Source: Candidatus Omnitrophota bacterium (lineage in GTDB: Bacteria > Omnitrophota > Gorgyraeia > Gorgyraeales > Gorgyraeaceae). Taken from it: a DNA stretch of 64,000 nt. Under the pieces are notes generated by a model. The model was not told where the DNA came from. It worked only from the letters and a program-made list of their open reading frames with translations, and did no database searches. The position numbers and the translations under genes are program-made. Positions 30,001 to 31,425 of the stretch are shown here, one piece after another. Where the stretch lies: the NCBI GenBank assembly GCA_043821705.1, contig JBDRCN010000045.1:22400-86399 (forward strand), in the 5' to 3' direction. Position 1 is the first letter of the stretch; each line of letters begins with the position of its first letter.

Positions 30001-30555
30001 AAAAAGACGCGCTGTCTTTTCTCTGATCTGGGCATCCGGAAAACTCGACACACTAGAAGTATCGACCTCACCTTCAGCGCCTTCAGAACAGACTAGATCT
30101 AAATTATAATCTTTTATTAAGATCTCAAGAATGGATGCAAGATTAAGCTCTGCCTCAGGATTAGCATGGAGATCTTGGATATGGACAATAAGAGGTTTTT
30201 TTTCTGCTCCTTCTACCCTAGGAGCTTCATAGACTTCAATTACCTTACCTAAGCTATCTGGGATATATATATTAGATAGATCTTTTAATATATCTTTCTT
30301 TATTTTAGCAGCTATATGGGTCCTATCTGTATTTCTGCTGTCTTGGGGTTTCTTTTTATCAGAAAATATCTCTTTTTTCTGATTTATAGTATCTATCCTT
30401 TCTTTTTGGATAGCTTCATAATTAGGGCGTTTATTTTTAAATAAACTCCTATTGGAGGGTGCAGGATAGCATACACTTGTAAAGAAAAATGTATGCACTA
30501 ATACAAGAGAGATTATCTTCTTATATATATTATTTCCATGCCCAAAGCTTCCCAT
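1..30555 (-). CDS. Giant multidomain surface/secreted protein, at least 10,185 aa, 3' end beyond the window. Mosaic of DUF4157-like zincin + SAM-MTase modules, HATPase_c, transglutaminase-like, HExxH, CHAT-like, papain-like and beta-barrel-like regions, plus many internal repeats.
   Basis: By-eye translation of the reverse complement finds no in-frame stop from ATG 30555..30553 down to base 1; several blocks were spot-checked. ATG is preceded by AAGAGG 8 nt upstream, and an in-frame TGA lies 18 codons further upstream. The N-terminus MGSFGHGNNIYKKIISLVLVHTFFFTSVCYPAPS is signal/anchor-like. The ORF track lists no long ORF on either strand across 30 kb, as expected if one edge-truncated ORF occupies it. 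Confidence 0.85.
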   Translation of the reverse strand, partial: MGSFGHGNNIYKKIISLVLVHTFFFTSVCYPAPSNRSLFKNKRPNYEAIQKERIDTINQKKEIFSDKKKPQDSRNTDRTHIAAKIKKDILKDLSNIYIPDSLGKVIEVYEAPRVEGAEKKPLIVHIQDLHANPEAELNLASILEILIKDYNLDLVCSEGAEGEVDTSSVSSFPDAQIREKTARLFIDSGELTGEEYLSITKYPDLAIWGVETKEIYFENIIEFNRVMKFNLPSLALISNIKNALDRLKTHIYSAQLLELDSKEVSYQNSSIETNEYLDYLWNFNETLDEEKFQNIALLRKSMALEKEVDREKVMGESQGILEGLQRALMSKRDDSSIEKLVAQLSLFKDKKISPFSFYSYLDELSRRHLKEEELSKYPNLLHFVDYLTKVNSLDSLKLFREIEELSFDLKNSISTHNDQLILTKAIRNITFLEGFFNLKISNEELDRYFADKDGFRMAFFKRFIEKGLKKYSITYPINYDASIIDDKFSPLEKFYDLAYQRDNTMYDNATSEINKRRAKVAALVSGGFHTRGLTKLLKESGYSYVVISPYSSQETDEENYKFLLSGKRKPIDELISSMTDKLRNILTTADKEMIALYNKQVAPQLAKLYGKDEKDFKISDGFNRIRKTMIELVKTSPEKMKGNKDIAISSNGDIIFKYKEKNETKYAKIDGASGEISSSSKKEFDTGIVAVEETLTPKPSRRVSSLPGIMGEIIPAEKTAEAQALLNAVFMDNTQNTQIVIITQEEKEELIKELPKGTIEPTHRAFAVSEQSSNTWEAVKTILNIEGNFNLPLSVLVEGDYNINVAFHELTHVEQSNRGEKPTSVIGADGYVRDLQEREAFLTPMLIIRSLYPEISFEDFIRISVGDPDLTDDYIQNKMKNRIVDGEVVPAVVEKSMWIEIGKTMKSKNYSNITPVNILDIKQDVFDKFSWFNDLMIKRFELYTENPLNQVRDTRTHSAASVFSMLELDEGEVYLDLAGGSGLYTLLAANMFNVEKAIYLDISESNVMLAKYFLSNWKNFLQLEEIQGSDIIFNLLNEKGSLASGSLALRELFTWGLVPNDMHPISDKAEIIHGDASNMSQIETSSVDKLSVTELFTWLKEQGGQDKIDACIREMLRVVKPGGRILVVYDFPSGVEDFKNKIISIAEKGNIKINIVEDNKGTIDRQTAFIIEVEEKFQTKEARLTEQAMNLALDGDFEESLKLIKDILLSGEDYDINEVSGILEACPAGMHIAATYLNIIRKSNNDLSLIKEKVGLLAPISSMLDNEEFLKTYIALRSMEHNGTIYDIKNNFNPALNSISEFTYGKDPDQIITALDEINKDITDIVSSYNDLAKSAPIDASKELEIGVENTWQNSLNDIFEKTKIIYNKVEELENYLVSQESSDYVIAALDLLRKDIKAPVQENINVLNERLDWLGGTLKKEPTDLNALVNDLANKMLKDFETKGVTLTLNLSSIPMTEVNQKMILCVLSNILTNNKQLSEDLGIKNVTITTKLSEDKKSIVLEIYNDGAGFPEDGLEQEEGQTYQRAFGLNWSKRKGGTGLGLAESRLYVTDEHNGQIWIESEKDKGSTFKITIPIIGDKSELQNTINDLPEQNPSSNTYNILTICGDGQLRGPEMDIVLSILASKNNISGVNVSSRGYLPVEDIGSLSQGEDISLDKLESIIQYIEIDDDLKEDLKNKKSAYPIVRGDLENASLIIAADEGVKRFIIGRNKHIKGLESKIFTISDLLKQEDESIRKDLEGKVKVKNSYSIDDLLKIFDGEFIDALKKAVPISEDESRRDDFIARDYIDEQNIPKQVLINLDISDESLNAQVLVISDDEKNKALKDPDLKDWLILEHGYAAGGFIIEKENEQSFNKFKEALGIKGNFKVPFIVSIGSSLRMTSIVHELAHIEQSNRGDKANIPDTMLGYMASLDEREAYLTSILIYLSLYPEASLYDFLKASYKLPKDDMSDRDMDMSMRLRIVKNSPGPSILSEKMWSYVTDLIGDEKITEDNIGRIKKDVMRQFSWFDNLMVEAFDRSSIDNGYNFIKWSRDYCASDVMDLLDVSKEDAYCDAGMGMSPDAVAAYFSYNAKEVFYIDISETNIQFTTALFSAFNNLRKFNDVMYTTYENFLLNASPLYVPELLKELYAWGLTLGAIPDNVNIIENDGDSMKQIEPNSITKMSISGFFEHLKGDREIDDCIKDILRIVKPKGRILLVHNFNKDEDKLKYFKKRFNSVARKEKIDISIEKDNDTGMLVIDVEPEPSKQAPKTKTSTEEISAPKSKDTSSIDAPEDDAARLSEDTFTFTFGGGGGALFGTAMLLANISFDVTFDKDGNIIKVSQQESRKTDSQKAPIQVPVLFDGRHFIQGGFYSLKNGELEEFLEEEFVSRLAPNEVAIVALPSRQKEAIKKHLEEEGIKLPIFLLSIEDSEYIKSLIVDVDNRAALKGEGLKLDLNEGSKGDLGGYGEENQPETNIEKVISGAIEELGYSLEEQSEIVEQISSFYNNYELEKIKDMPRLERINSLSKIIKNAVKSDRGDYPALLTKVFNEEHADKGYIGSANCVGSTQLFVILGRLAGLSIDPIEVTWSCGVQEGVYHVASLVKLSDNKSIIVDISNPRVGISEPFPLEGSGGLYKKIEPGQYLQLKESHFKKKLHRKIRIGTPEALLSSYILYARSTSVGLKKESEKIDFLKKAIEKDPGSVWGYANLAELYKHNIIYGENLEPDYILETIDLFKKALEKDPGFITASSELGDIYLYLGDRTVKQPLDPESMGYVFSAGKILNLPEDLDPLTCLKNSAIYYKKAFNFAYYGEGPRSGMESMAKKAIILAGLIEKEKNKLNTSGIVRKGEEFKLYVWNQPEVDIDEDWAVSFKEGAKINKKTLWPEENEIGFVKERNQYVKVKYEKDKIIFVPTDIIEEESDSGSLMPDEIKPLIPGFTVEITAIDDVESFFGVKEITFTYNNEAQVFIIGDKVDLSEPQADGTIIVTFKNIPEEGINILGQEQFYSGDQLILTLKKDGKSYEVKRALDMEETRTVSTVKKLKKPRRSYLPPEPIKYVYNTVLKNKKPFYLLRELEDTTRVKLYNGIDVDIGNRDEDGERIVAFLKDITLDGREYSSGEKISLFPSKGKGKAIEGTLELEEIESIIQPQEDELVKDILTAKLKPKKIQDIPVISTGQTLTKDLSNRSKPIEAEFRGSYSKIEHEINNTKNPETRKLAQEEFERNLPKLQEGVEYILTVKFVKEMPGEYWQVEMKELPPKPLKLTGTLSELKYKIEKIEDPRIKRYLKNNTPGSERENYVLSITYSNGRPTVQFKEISKGSNKDKIIIRDLTSTDSLYKGKTAYLSIDLTNMEVSGTFSEIRRKIDRLSDEDLKEYLAGALDRAKDLTKKENIKYILYFDVEESTPQNIGSEYTTSIDIRKLSPGFLRIEGDVSEIKTKIRNVKDTDLKRRAERILNDTPGLRRNVSYILTIDVRETEKESIYEGKIKEFPPLRFTHFSIYQGYPREFKKDIEELGDPRVKKYLHEILINARGLKSDKVYNFTLKIKETESQKIGTDYTKASMIEEKDAESIVIMGTVLELKTSIANIKNTALKEFARELLKESKFIKDDIEYTLYVGTTREGIKGEINEKYPESIKITGTLSEIEAKVKKLKNPRLRKEAESTIDRYWMKHDLRWVLTIDVQIKKEKDEYSFKSKVEPINKVDLSKNFTIVFDGKKYSLVANKDIIWRKNIKNIDRKKYVKVREVVNGKKKRTIWVKKTSIDTAVKYLRKKDLEDTYFKISELYEGVYVPIYIYQDIISSKKKKGTTTPEPKESDSGSIMPRDEPTHPIIDIEQFFPLTNIRLFTDLASVDELTIYGSTGIEVDGKPYPNCIKEIETRAGPNGEEIKVIEFTKDTTIDTSKGREVFQAGTQLELILSEDGAGYRVKSIGMSFQGSSHMIDSEIVNIKDPEIKKLAKEKFEKNLSKLQKGVEYILSVKFVKEMKGEYWQVEMKELPPDRISFTGTLSELKTQIDNIEDPRMKQYAKAKLDYFVNNALSMGDKIGLEEGVKYSFGIVVTDEDISYTVPFLLDEGEVGVNCAMQTFGDKIASTPQEIVFDYKKRLYAWIDEAESATATRSGTISRIRRNARSIKSPLLRKMTLDLIKDRSIFVASDDDNIIHTLTVKIRKIKFEHTVVPIWSLTYDIVPQLPELINFNGTLDRISAQVQKIKYSSMKDAALELIDKERKEGKKQNVKEYKLSVIPEFEKKGKKIKGIIYKMAFKKTMKSIRFLETYPGRKVLARSFGFDVEIAISTNGNMNVFIGEEYGMYKSSKYGHYMSDLARYKDDNFVCCDISTSFPSLPADFTGCKLELYVKEVPDSFHYKLDKRLNEIGISFITSDGQEIFHPSFVINVSADGWKKIYIPNDLDMTSVKEIRFYSGKKYGSQKLSNKGIGQIYITHIKLTPLKTLVPVEKSIVPKDAGSLIPDETQPHIDTKQILPLTNITLFTDLASVDELTRYGSTGIEVDGKPYPNCIKEVKTRIGAEGRITVIEFTKDTTIEAEFFPKYTQLELISEDGVTFKVTWEELLDKIEFDQKAIVGSLFIDNKKFVLKAIEKNPKVLEYVSDSFKDDKNIVFAAAVKNTFTIRFASDRLKNDKEFILDIVVQAPSIIYHMEFRGDKEFVSKAVEKNSMAIEFASKRLQEDADIVLIIKKKINSHVRDISSKFGFEVDIPRFFDALVTFLRGSSNRWLISGRYKLETLERKLLEIKEALSVYPEAFLKNCITVKIVVNPYIYNMKTDKYNFSLGKWFSRIFITSTPSIHHEIFHHADSKDDYLPFHLWSNDDSSWPESLGSKDYDCDHGQINIREDQATIADSFFGRHSFFELLTRCRESSILLAKVERITSCKLDLETYRFTRLYTEEELEELYDDGYEYYAKWSMDEEGKIWMDHNYWNNIIHGDSEKKEEPQKPQKIFEENKDVEPEKKPFINEINIKGFFDYEHLYPKIDVGIVNPLGDSWSPIKISSNTFQLSTHESNMFMASSASTMDKKGEYATDMGLSLWGYVPLNYRSWVDDLIKTNEYSSLRSDSYLGMMLDAYRAYPGLFGIKDMSYGAGISTNIFINPSLGTSSWYAKPSVGIYKSFKQDYIDNLFISGYALLNGFINPSIIDDPAGYLSEFKIGLNADFEIADDISIGLSGNVSRFYRKWFGVGAMNIDFSLSKDILLKANAWGRTPFTSSGLNYSIDPEDQYQWGGGISLNTDYGEANFNFMKIGEFWQPDGDGHTLDRIEAGISLKLGKILGGLIGGSLLNNLISTDNINVSYLHRIDDYNVIDKPSIEEDSEIISEGYIIPEGSGQEFFYQVTKDGIKVTSSDGEEFTSESTNLVTALVPFIFGAKKAMTPIITFLDKDRNVLGVGNLGDMIDFWTRSGLDSEGAPTNTKLLEVLKRIQEKKTPEPEKEPDSGSLVPDGIIQPQPETEQIFPFSNIIPFVDLASIDKLTPIDSYTGIEVDGKPYPNCIKEVKTRIGAEGRITIVEFTKDTTIEAEFFPKYTQLGLVLQEDGIGYKVTELIKSDLSKDYIIVYDGQKHSLIHKDDVEYELDGWSEDKSLYVLGVRMVNGKIKERVLIKKSSIDSATDLIKKQDIAKSPYEISELKYQVYVSKEMKYKIDRGSAKEKEPQKTKDITGRSDIPVDEDFDFIVSPSTEGILSPSSAGISLSERDTEKEKSYYMELARDDPKRAMEDMDKYIDKPWAKEIFKVMLIEGKIVGDTFIVKPFLAKWISKSWAPEILDLIYVFNENLSRHYKIFIDQPYGLEFLESKVIFAPFEAIDGGSKLIFGGNDRGQLTDFIFATLTRNSDFIEVLKRSKNPIVKKLCGLYDWGVKNVPLKSQEDALWTTLLLDKIVKNNLSFEKAYNIAKDPSLLLKNIIEIKRQPDYLGSFSITNGLKMICLRAIWDINYLHDSSDTIRFRSVETFDSETLYTLMVYGENEVFTSTFNGLFTRMLNKMKKEGLTAKTLFKKVDYNKFRVMIKLCASYNRLNEFLNTVTKDEKIHLLKRFVRIKSDDKDLLSQAVIIADTFSMIQDKEVLKVLQETIKEEYHKVLKKDNKEARVIYGLLSGLFSEKAVLSTDWFKKMSKKYKLQDITKLPTKNLFNEDEVSIQRFYSYNDEDGKASYNSLLNQYKGKKAWQIKDKDSYTLIISRPTNGKRIELYVNKPEFEDKGQAAIDKALKGKKVHIEVHMGHSYHVNKTIKRINPEAELVVLRSCGGYNEISDILDKTPQAHIISTKGTGTMYVNDPLLYLLNTEILKGKDISWPAFWEKAEDRLGHNGAFGNYIAPHKNLGVMFIKAYKRLLREEESKESDSGSIMPDETHPHIDTKQILPLINITFFTDLASVDGLTIYGSTGIEVDGKSYPNCIKEVDNPDGEEIIAVEFTKETYIDTPQGKEFFPTGTQLELIRSEDGVRYKVRSINRRFQGSYSSIKDKINNIKDARMRKEAEKVFNKKLPKLQKGVEYVLDIKLTKTMKGEEWQVEMKEIPPQTLKLTGTLSELRVKIENIQDPRVKEYAEETLDHCLKEIRPLLEAGVTYTIGILIGLNLDLKGKAIDSPGPDFTPWYSNEEWERSKVQWLNSHGSPSMILEPTEPCDIGFKYTQLRWINETNIPDKIELTGTFSEIKAKAKKIKSPLIRALFFEHFYKHLNIIDAEYDLSIISARGDNGEFNGISMEWRSSLSSETHYEDIKSYLTSKDTSSVTLVDAYRKTLERIKRRLNSKNITIDEAVKLKKEKDIIERNIVIEEINKCYNEAKLNATGLDYKEAANAYKRASKIIEERLNNKTISADEKKDLKKYKTKAEIAILKAKINGLIKEINDLGIFDTLLGKRYPIKQEALKKIDKLLEYREIKGSERKELKELRKLMKGKLPSPKDIKRRFEEYRIQKSIDNTKFAKEKKVKYRTANKDFTQPLSPIKVDLSRYYTIVFDGKKYSLVPNTAVKAKWSKGYISANKVVNGKKGKKVWVKKSKIDDAKYYETKDLIRYSPYRISKVYKGVYIPAYISMLMLISPNPLEILSDDWTNRELFIKAFGLEAFGFIQDKIDKAASSDEGLTQKTLIKLIWQLKEFVKKEQPDTGSLMPEKDADRIDLPSTDLTSVEAEISGISLADIDDVESFFGVKEITFTYNNEAQAFIIGDKVDVSEPQADGTIIVTFRENGVNILGLGTFYPENQLKLTLKDDGKYSVEVIRGSDKEEKARLNYFKEEIYLQVLDIENLGIEVSLLGISDELDFEAIDEWLKTDRTTPGRDEIRLEYLYQKVHAVKEQLLRYPKIFLKNSNFKKIAINPKYVGHSSNQEVTNYIKSRFWPTTMTLSNYQYFHHELFHIMDFNDDYIPYIWTNDDSSWPESLELEDCAGGHGQGSFKEDQAAIAESLFNFSYPLFSEILEKCKKSKVLLAKVERMTSCKLDLETYRFTRLYTEEELEELYDDGYEYYAKWSMDENGKIWMDHNYWNNIIDGDSEKKEEPQKPQKILEESKDRKLEKHAAPEPEEEPKHSYLPPEPIKYIYNTVLKNKKPFYLLRELEDMTKVKLYNGIDVDIGNRDEDGERIVTFLKDITLDGREYSSGEKISLFPSKGKGKTRKGVLEPEEIKSITQLQKDKLVKDISMELEEELEEDPIEIFTEQILAKDLLSSSKDIETEFRGSYSEIKHEIGNTEDAEIKKVAKEEFEKNLPKLQEGVEYILTVKFVKEMPGESWQVEMKELPPKPLKLTGTLAELRVKIEALEDSRMRQYAKEYLDYYKVSKRLFYNAEEGIKYEFGIMTLDKGCPNNIQESSGRDGSYGMSEGWVKFELRNAGYKIAEAPEEIGMDFKKRQRGWLNELEIPEERFIGTITEIKEQAKKIKSPLLRHYFFRYVSISFAFSRENLKYDLTLRAKKELEKHPDTFYSWRFYSKCSIIPEQKIFTGSLKEIGEQVKKLPHPMMKKSVLDLVNKTRAKAGGKDFRYTLIASYECKDKKDKWLLRCESTIKNVAPLIFIEKATMRNIGSIVSAVGRMNIFIDGVSQYYSAGGIYSEYNYVDFVFDKPLDLTGCELQLDVRKTPSGTNFKSKGRLKEIAISFVTSDGKEIFDSSFKIDVSTDGIKKIYMPSNLDLTSVTKIKMYTGKRYGENEILLNEPDCTINIKKMKLIPVSTDKKEGQPKKNSDTGLIIPEPDSGQTFPFPQHSYPTGITATISGISLADIDDVESFFGVKEITFTLSNGEAQAFIIGDKVDLSEPQADGSIILTFKNIPEEGINILGQVKVYRGNQLELTPKGDGKFSIEVVRKGSIAESKEPEQRDTESIMSRPELDQNIQSPSSLGTEIMSGVPIGDNYTPETVPDEGYMPVTFGGGGVGEVKMISDKEINLRMNGITVSFNESNSEITWDKMTGKRTITVKKDILDEDGEVVFEARNGIEITPDKESIYKIAFTAPSNDLTATISGISLADMSGTVDKGIKVLSLASNEEARELIIGDDVIKLDKESINGKLVYKIGKDRVYIPGEKEPLKKEDRLELTLNEDGKYDVKIVRLGEAINNILVQHQTKGDEQTRPTVYDPPTEAEPSNDTKYPNIHYNAQGPFDLSLPCTIFAALSMFDKIGILKDVEKNNGLSTYGDIDIYAANITYSSDQSLFPFDKLRDYMNQQAELYGSDVRFEMEETLSYKEKGRVTLEERLADTNIQKYGMILIIDNHGPHSVHITSFSKETNEVTYYDSIGLDGAENIKKLPLEQFKDILYLQGRDPVNYPKYYNTIVPVMEGKPVEDYTSKELVEKLLDKEITKEDIEKLQQPKGEMIKRVKTLPEERLLKKKLDKILEKGPVLIESSPLKDEKGDHHWLYGDRKIESYTALFGLFRYCSDNLFSWDMDKVGVDNSAYFYSEEDGYAPLSDPEVYLIDEKGGGVNYIIREKSVFYVATDKTNKVVAFGFSLYQKDLGYEYLLIQEGHEEFEELKDLYNEETREAISKIEEKGKVFIEVFKEQLKHRAKYLEKLNKIGSEETKENYNKALEIINEAIDDNESSDAAKEFFKKKKIEIEEKLNELDEEKDTGSLIPDETQPQIDDELGNYIVSGVIGYATANLNDGAVDIETEIIELKDSKTGEEIILKEGKNCIIEDRGNVQTVVILEDINRNLTVGVVAIVTGNKITGRDNLKNNKVAIKAIVNELASDRRRSDDFYKTAGNLLINSLIENKKIIDTDMISTMIKGLENTNISSIQYAALGSVLIVALREIFYGASKHMITNQMKGDLISNLRAALNNPKIDNRKLYTISQIRKYVRITNASENLDADILTALSSVRQGDEGLNEDVFDKIMQNIAHIKSNREKIVLSMLEILEAPNLTNGTYELALSSINAKYDLGTMPEPLRKRLYSVSMRFLKSTSTDKATKGVFLILKRIYNELGPEEKIDLLFTFIDILNTSKETTEGSYWIYGILPDIDLGDITSEEKNKIIRGISKTGDTKAIIALFENETIQSGGFDSRTKNMVTKTVVGLCNNKDPETALLILNLSNIEISQKEKIVVFKSIIANIKSLSKLKEVLQKFKRQNMELNKEVKEIIVNATIDLFKYDPDHSSGIIYALELKKDDLAEDFVRAAISNIKKGDYGSVIAFHRVKSINNIQGLLEEDKKYIFKACIATLGDETIVDLRRSQHYLSNLIVDFYKTNPEFFKDVKSFPTKGHYLIVKYSNLTLTDIDNIQLQSYMGSQLERFTFPDMYYLIATLGIDLKKCRNEAQLGKEIAVRLNEFTKNAQDIKEIDLRKVLEKISIWMNVLHVRQFTLTEHESDNIRETFVKNLSNNSAYYLMALGKDHLYPTTIEAVYEKHIKDNQGFFQDNTIDPNRAYSYDFLMSLLDYGHFVEVFDKNEEYFISPIERPLDDMEKIAANVNRLKRPLDLIFSDNVPDSYQREIEKVIVSKYKKYYKEYKRTGDPIPVASIASIFARFDGRFITQDAIDMSNAIKDMGIKEKMVPTEDIFSDKKLTMLIVFDRGPLEPWIDIAASKYRDLRYNVEKVEIEKGRKYIVRRTVGGIQEIFVLTDYVPTIQYYFDNGITYNGRPVPEEKRIPIDVFMPRVHTGNSIGYLNYTKNLRSVAIVVVASCGGNKVINDQMEDIRTYYEKFGGAIFIGNIPHGRGKRNQEVAEKLEEVLLENKDNDKLSRESLVKDPNFEVSEGDIILDYVNNVDILPDPSTIFKEYIVSVFNTAGSFMGTFNVELD
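250..650 (-). other. CHAT / caspase-like His-Cys domain #2 of the giant protein
   Basis: RVHTGNSIGY...AIVVVASCGGNKV (about 340..425) mirrors domain #1. Confidence 0.35.
4380..4860 (-). other. Papain-fold (C39-like) cysteine peptidase-like domain of the giant protein
   Basis: SLPCTIFAALSMF (about 4801..4855), then GPHSVHITSF (about 4503..4527), then VTYYDSIG. Confidence 0.35.
8130..8720 (-). other. HExxH zincin-like module, copy B
   Basis: QYFHHELFHIMDFNDDY...DDSSWPES at about 8488..8577. Its tail at 8125..8340 is about 93% nt-identical to 15735..15960. Confidence 0.45.
11700..12100 (-). other. CHAT / caspase-like His-Cys domain #1 of the giant protein
   Basis: HIEVHMGHSYHVN about 30 aa before ELVVLRSCGGYNE (about 11850..11975). 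Confidence 0.4.
14650..15700 (-). other. Outer-membrane beta-barrel-like segment inside the giant protein
   Basis: Roughly 350 aa of alternating short amphipathic strands rich in G/S/N/Y, with aromatic strand ends (...AMNIDFSLSKDILLKANAW, ...NFNFMKIGEFW). Confidence 0.3.
15750..16330 (-). other. HExxH zincin-like module, copy A (duplicated roughly 200-aa module)
   Basis: IHHEIFHHADSKDDY...DDSSWPES at about 16120..16210. Module ends with a conserved ...YEYYAKWSMDE.GKIWMDHNYWNNII tail. Confidence 0.45.
22150..22650 (-). other. TPR-like repeats following the transglutaminase-like core
   Basis: KAIEKDPGSVWGYANLAELY / KALEKDPGFITASSELGDIYLYLG repeat pattern. Confidence 0.4.
22700..22960 (-). other. 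Transglutaminase-like cysteine peptidase core of the giant protein
   Basis: GSANCVGSTQLFVILGRLAGLSIDPIEV...YHVASLV...IVDISN fits the transglutaminase-like Cys/His/Asp pattern. Encoded about 22806..22935. Confidence 0.5.
23900..24450 (-). other. Class I SAM-dependent methyltransferase-like domain #2 of the giant protein
   Basis: CDAGMGMSPDAV (about 24361..24393) and LRIVKPKGRILLVHNF (about 23951..23995). Confidence 0.45.
24800..24950 (-). other. DUF4157-like HExxH zincin domain #2 of the giant protein
   Basis: Motif SIVHELAHIEQSNRGDKA (about 24850..24900), paralogous to #1. Confidence 0.5.
25850..26200 (-). other. GHKL / HATPase_c-like ATPase domain of the giant protein
   Basis: N-box LSNILTNN, G1 box YNDGAGFP, G2 box GGTGLGLAESRLY, then GSTFKITIP. 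Confidence 0.55.
27100..27700 (-). other. Class I SAM-dependent methyltransferase-like domain #1 of the giant protein
   Basis: Motif I YLDLAGGSGLY (about 27604..27634) and LRVVKPGGRILVVYDF (about 27170..27205). Confidence 0.5.
28050..28250 (-). other. DUF4157-like HExxH zincin domain #1 of the giant protein
   Basis: Motif VAFHELTHVEQSNRGEKP, encoded around 28096..28150 (minus strand). Confidence 0.5.
30455..30555 (-). other. N-terminal signal peptide / membrane anchor of the giant protein
   Basis: Positively charged KK followed by the hydrophobic stretch IISLVLVHTFFFTSV, then CYPAPS. Confidence 0.6.
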
Positions 30556-30667
30556 GCAAACGCCTCTTCTGATAATGATCCGGATATGCCTCCATATTGT
30601 CCTTCGTCATGGGAAAAGGGTTATCCAATAACGGAGGCAATATCCAGAGATCCTTCCTGTTTAAAGC

Positions 30668-30704
30668 AGAAAAGCCAGGCATTGAGATAATCCCTGGCTT
30701 TTCA
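30668..30704. terminator. Stem-loop (9-bp stem) between dcd and the giant gene, with a T-run on the + side; possible bidirectional terminator/attenuator
   Basis: gaaaagccagg-cattgagataatc-cctggcttttc followed by attgtttttatt. Confidence 0.35.
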
Positions 30705-30849
30705 TTGTTTTTATTAGTTTTGTAGAGGCCCATGACTTATTTCCCCTATTATTAAAATCTTTTATAAACTCTAGTTAAAAGTATACACTATAAACAGGGA
30801 AATGTCAATACCGGGCTCTTTTTTTGTTTATAAAATTGTTATAACTTGT

Positions 30850-31425
30850 TTATTTAGATAGGGTTATTGTTTTTTGGGATTGGTACTTTCCTTTGCGGTC
30901 AGAGTAGGTAGTGTCACACTCTTCCTGGGACTCAAAGAATATGATCTGGGCTATGCCTTCATTAGCATATATCTTCACCTGGGAGGCTCCTGTATTGGAG
31001 ATATCCATCGTTAAGTACCCCTCCCAGCCTGGTTCTAGGGGAGTGACATTGACTATGACACCACACCTGGCATAAGTGCTCTTACCAGTACAGAGCGCTA
31101 GTACGTTCTTAGGCATCTTAAAGTACTCTAATGACCTGGCTAATACAAATGAATTCGGGGGAATAATGCAATATTCCCCCGAATGATCTTCAAATAGATC
31201 CTTATTTATATTCTTAGGATCAAGTATGTCTTCTTTCTTGCCTCTAAACAATTTAAACTCATTTGAGAGTCTTATGTCATATCCGAAGCTAGAAGGTCCA
31301 TAAGATATCTTACCATCTCTTACTTGCTTCATCTGGAATGGCTTTATAATATCTTCTTCCAAAGCCATTTTTTTTATCCAGGTATCTGGTTTTATTGACA
31401 TAGTTTTAACACTTTGAATATCCAC
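30850..31425 (-). CDS. dcd: dCTP deaminase
   Basis: [14 protein letters not shown]...[36 protein letters not shown]. The true start is probably the internal Met MSIKPDTW at about 31401, giving an ATGA overlap with nrdJ. Confidence 0.8.
   Translation of the reverse strand: MDIQSVKTMSIKPDTWIKKMALEEDIIKPFQMKQVRDGKISYGPSSFGYDIRLSNEFKLFRGKKEDILDPKNINKDLFEDHSGEYCIIPPNSFVLARSLEYFKMPKNVLALCTGKSTYARCGVIVNVTPLEPGWEGYLTMDISNTGASQVKIYANEGIAQIIFFESQEECDTTYSDRKGKYQSQKTITLSK

Noticed and set aside
424-30109. Roughly 45 short (60-177 aa) plus-strand ORFs and the minus-strand 23643..23834 ORF in the ORF track across 1..30500
   Set aside because: All are antisense to, or out of frame with, the continuous 10,185-codon minus-strand ORF. 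They have low-complexity S/L/I-rich translations typical of antisense frames of AT-rich coding DNA, and the similar ones (for example 7550..7939 vs 20990..21361) simply mirror the intragenic DNA repeats.
30530-30733. 67-aa minus-strand ORF overlapping the start of the giant gene
   Set aside because: It overlaps the giant ORF's RBS and start in another frame, has no RBS, and contains the terminator-like hairpin. Likely spurious.
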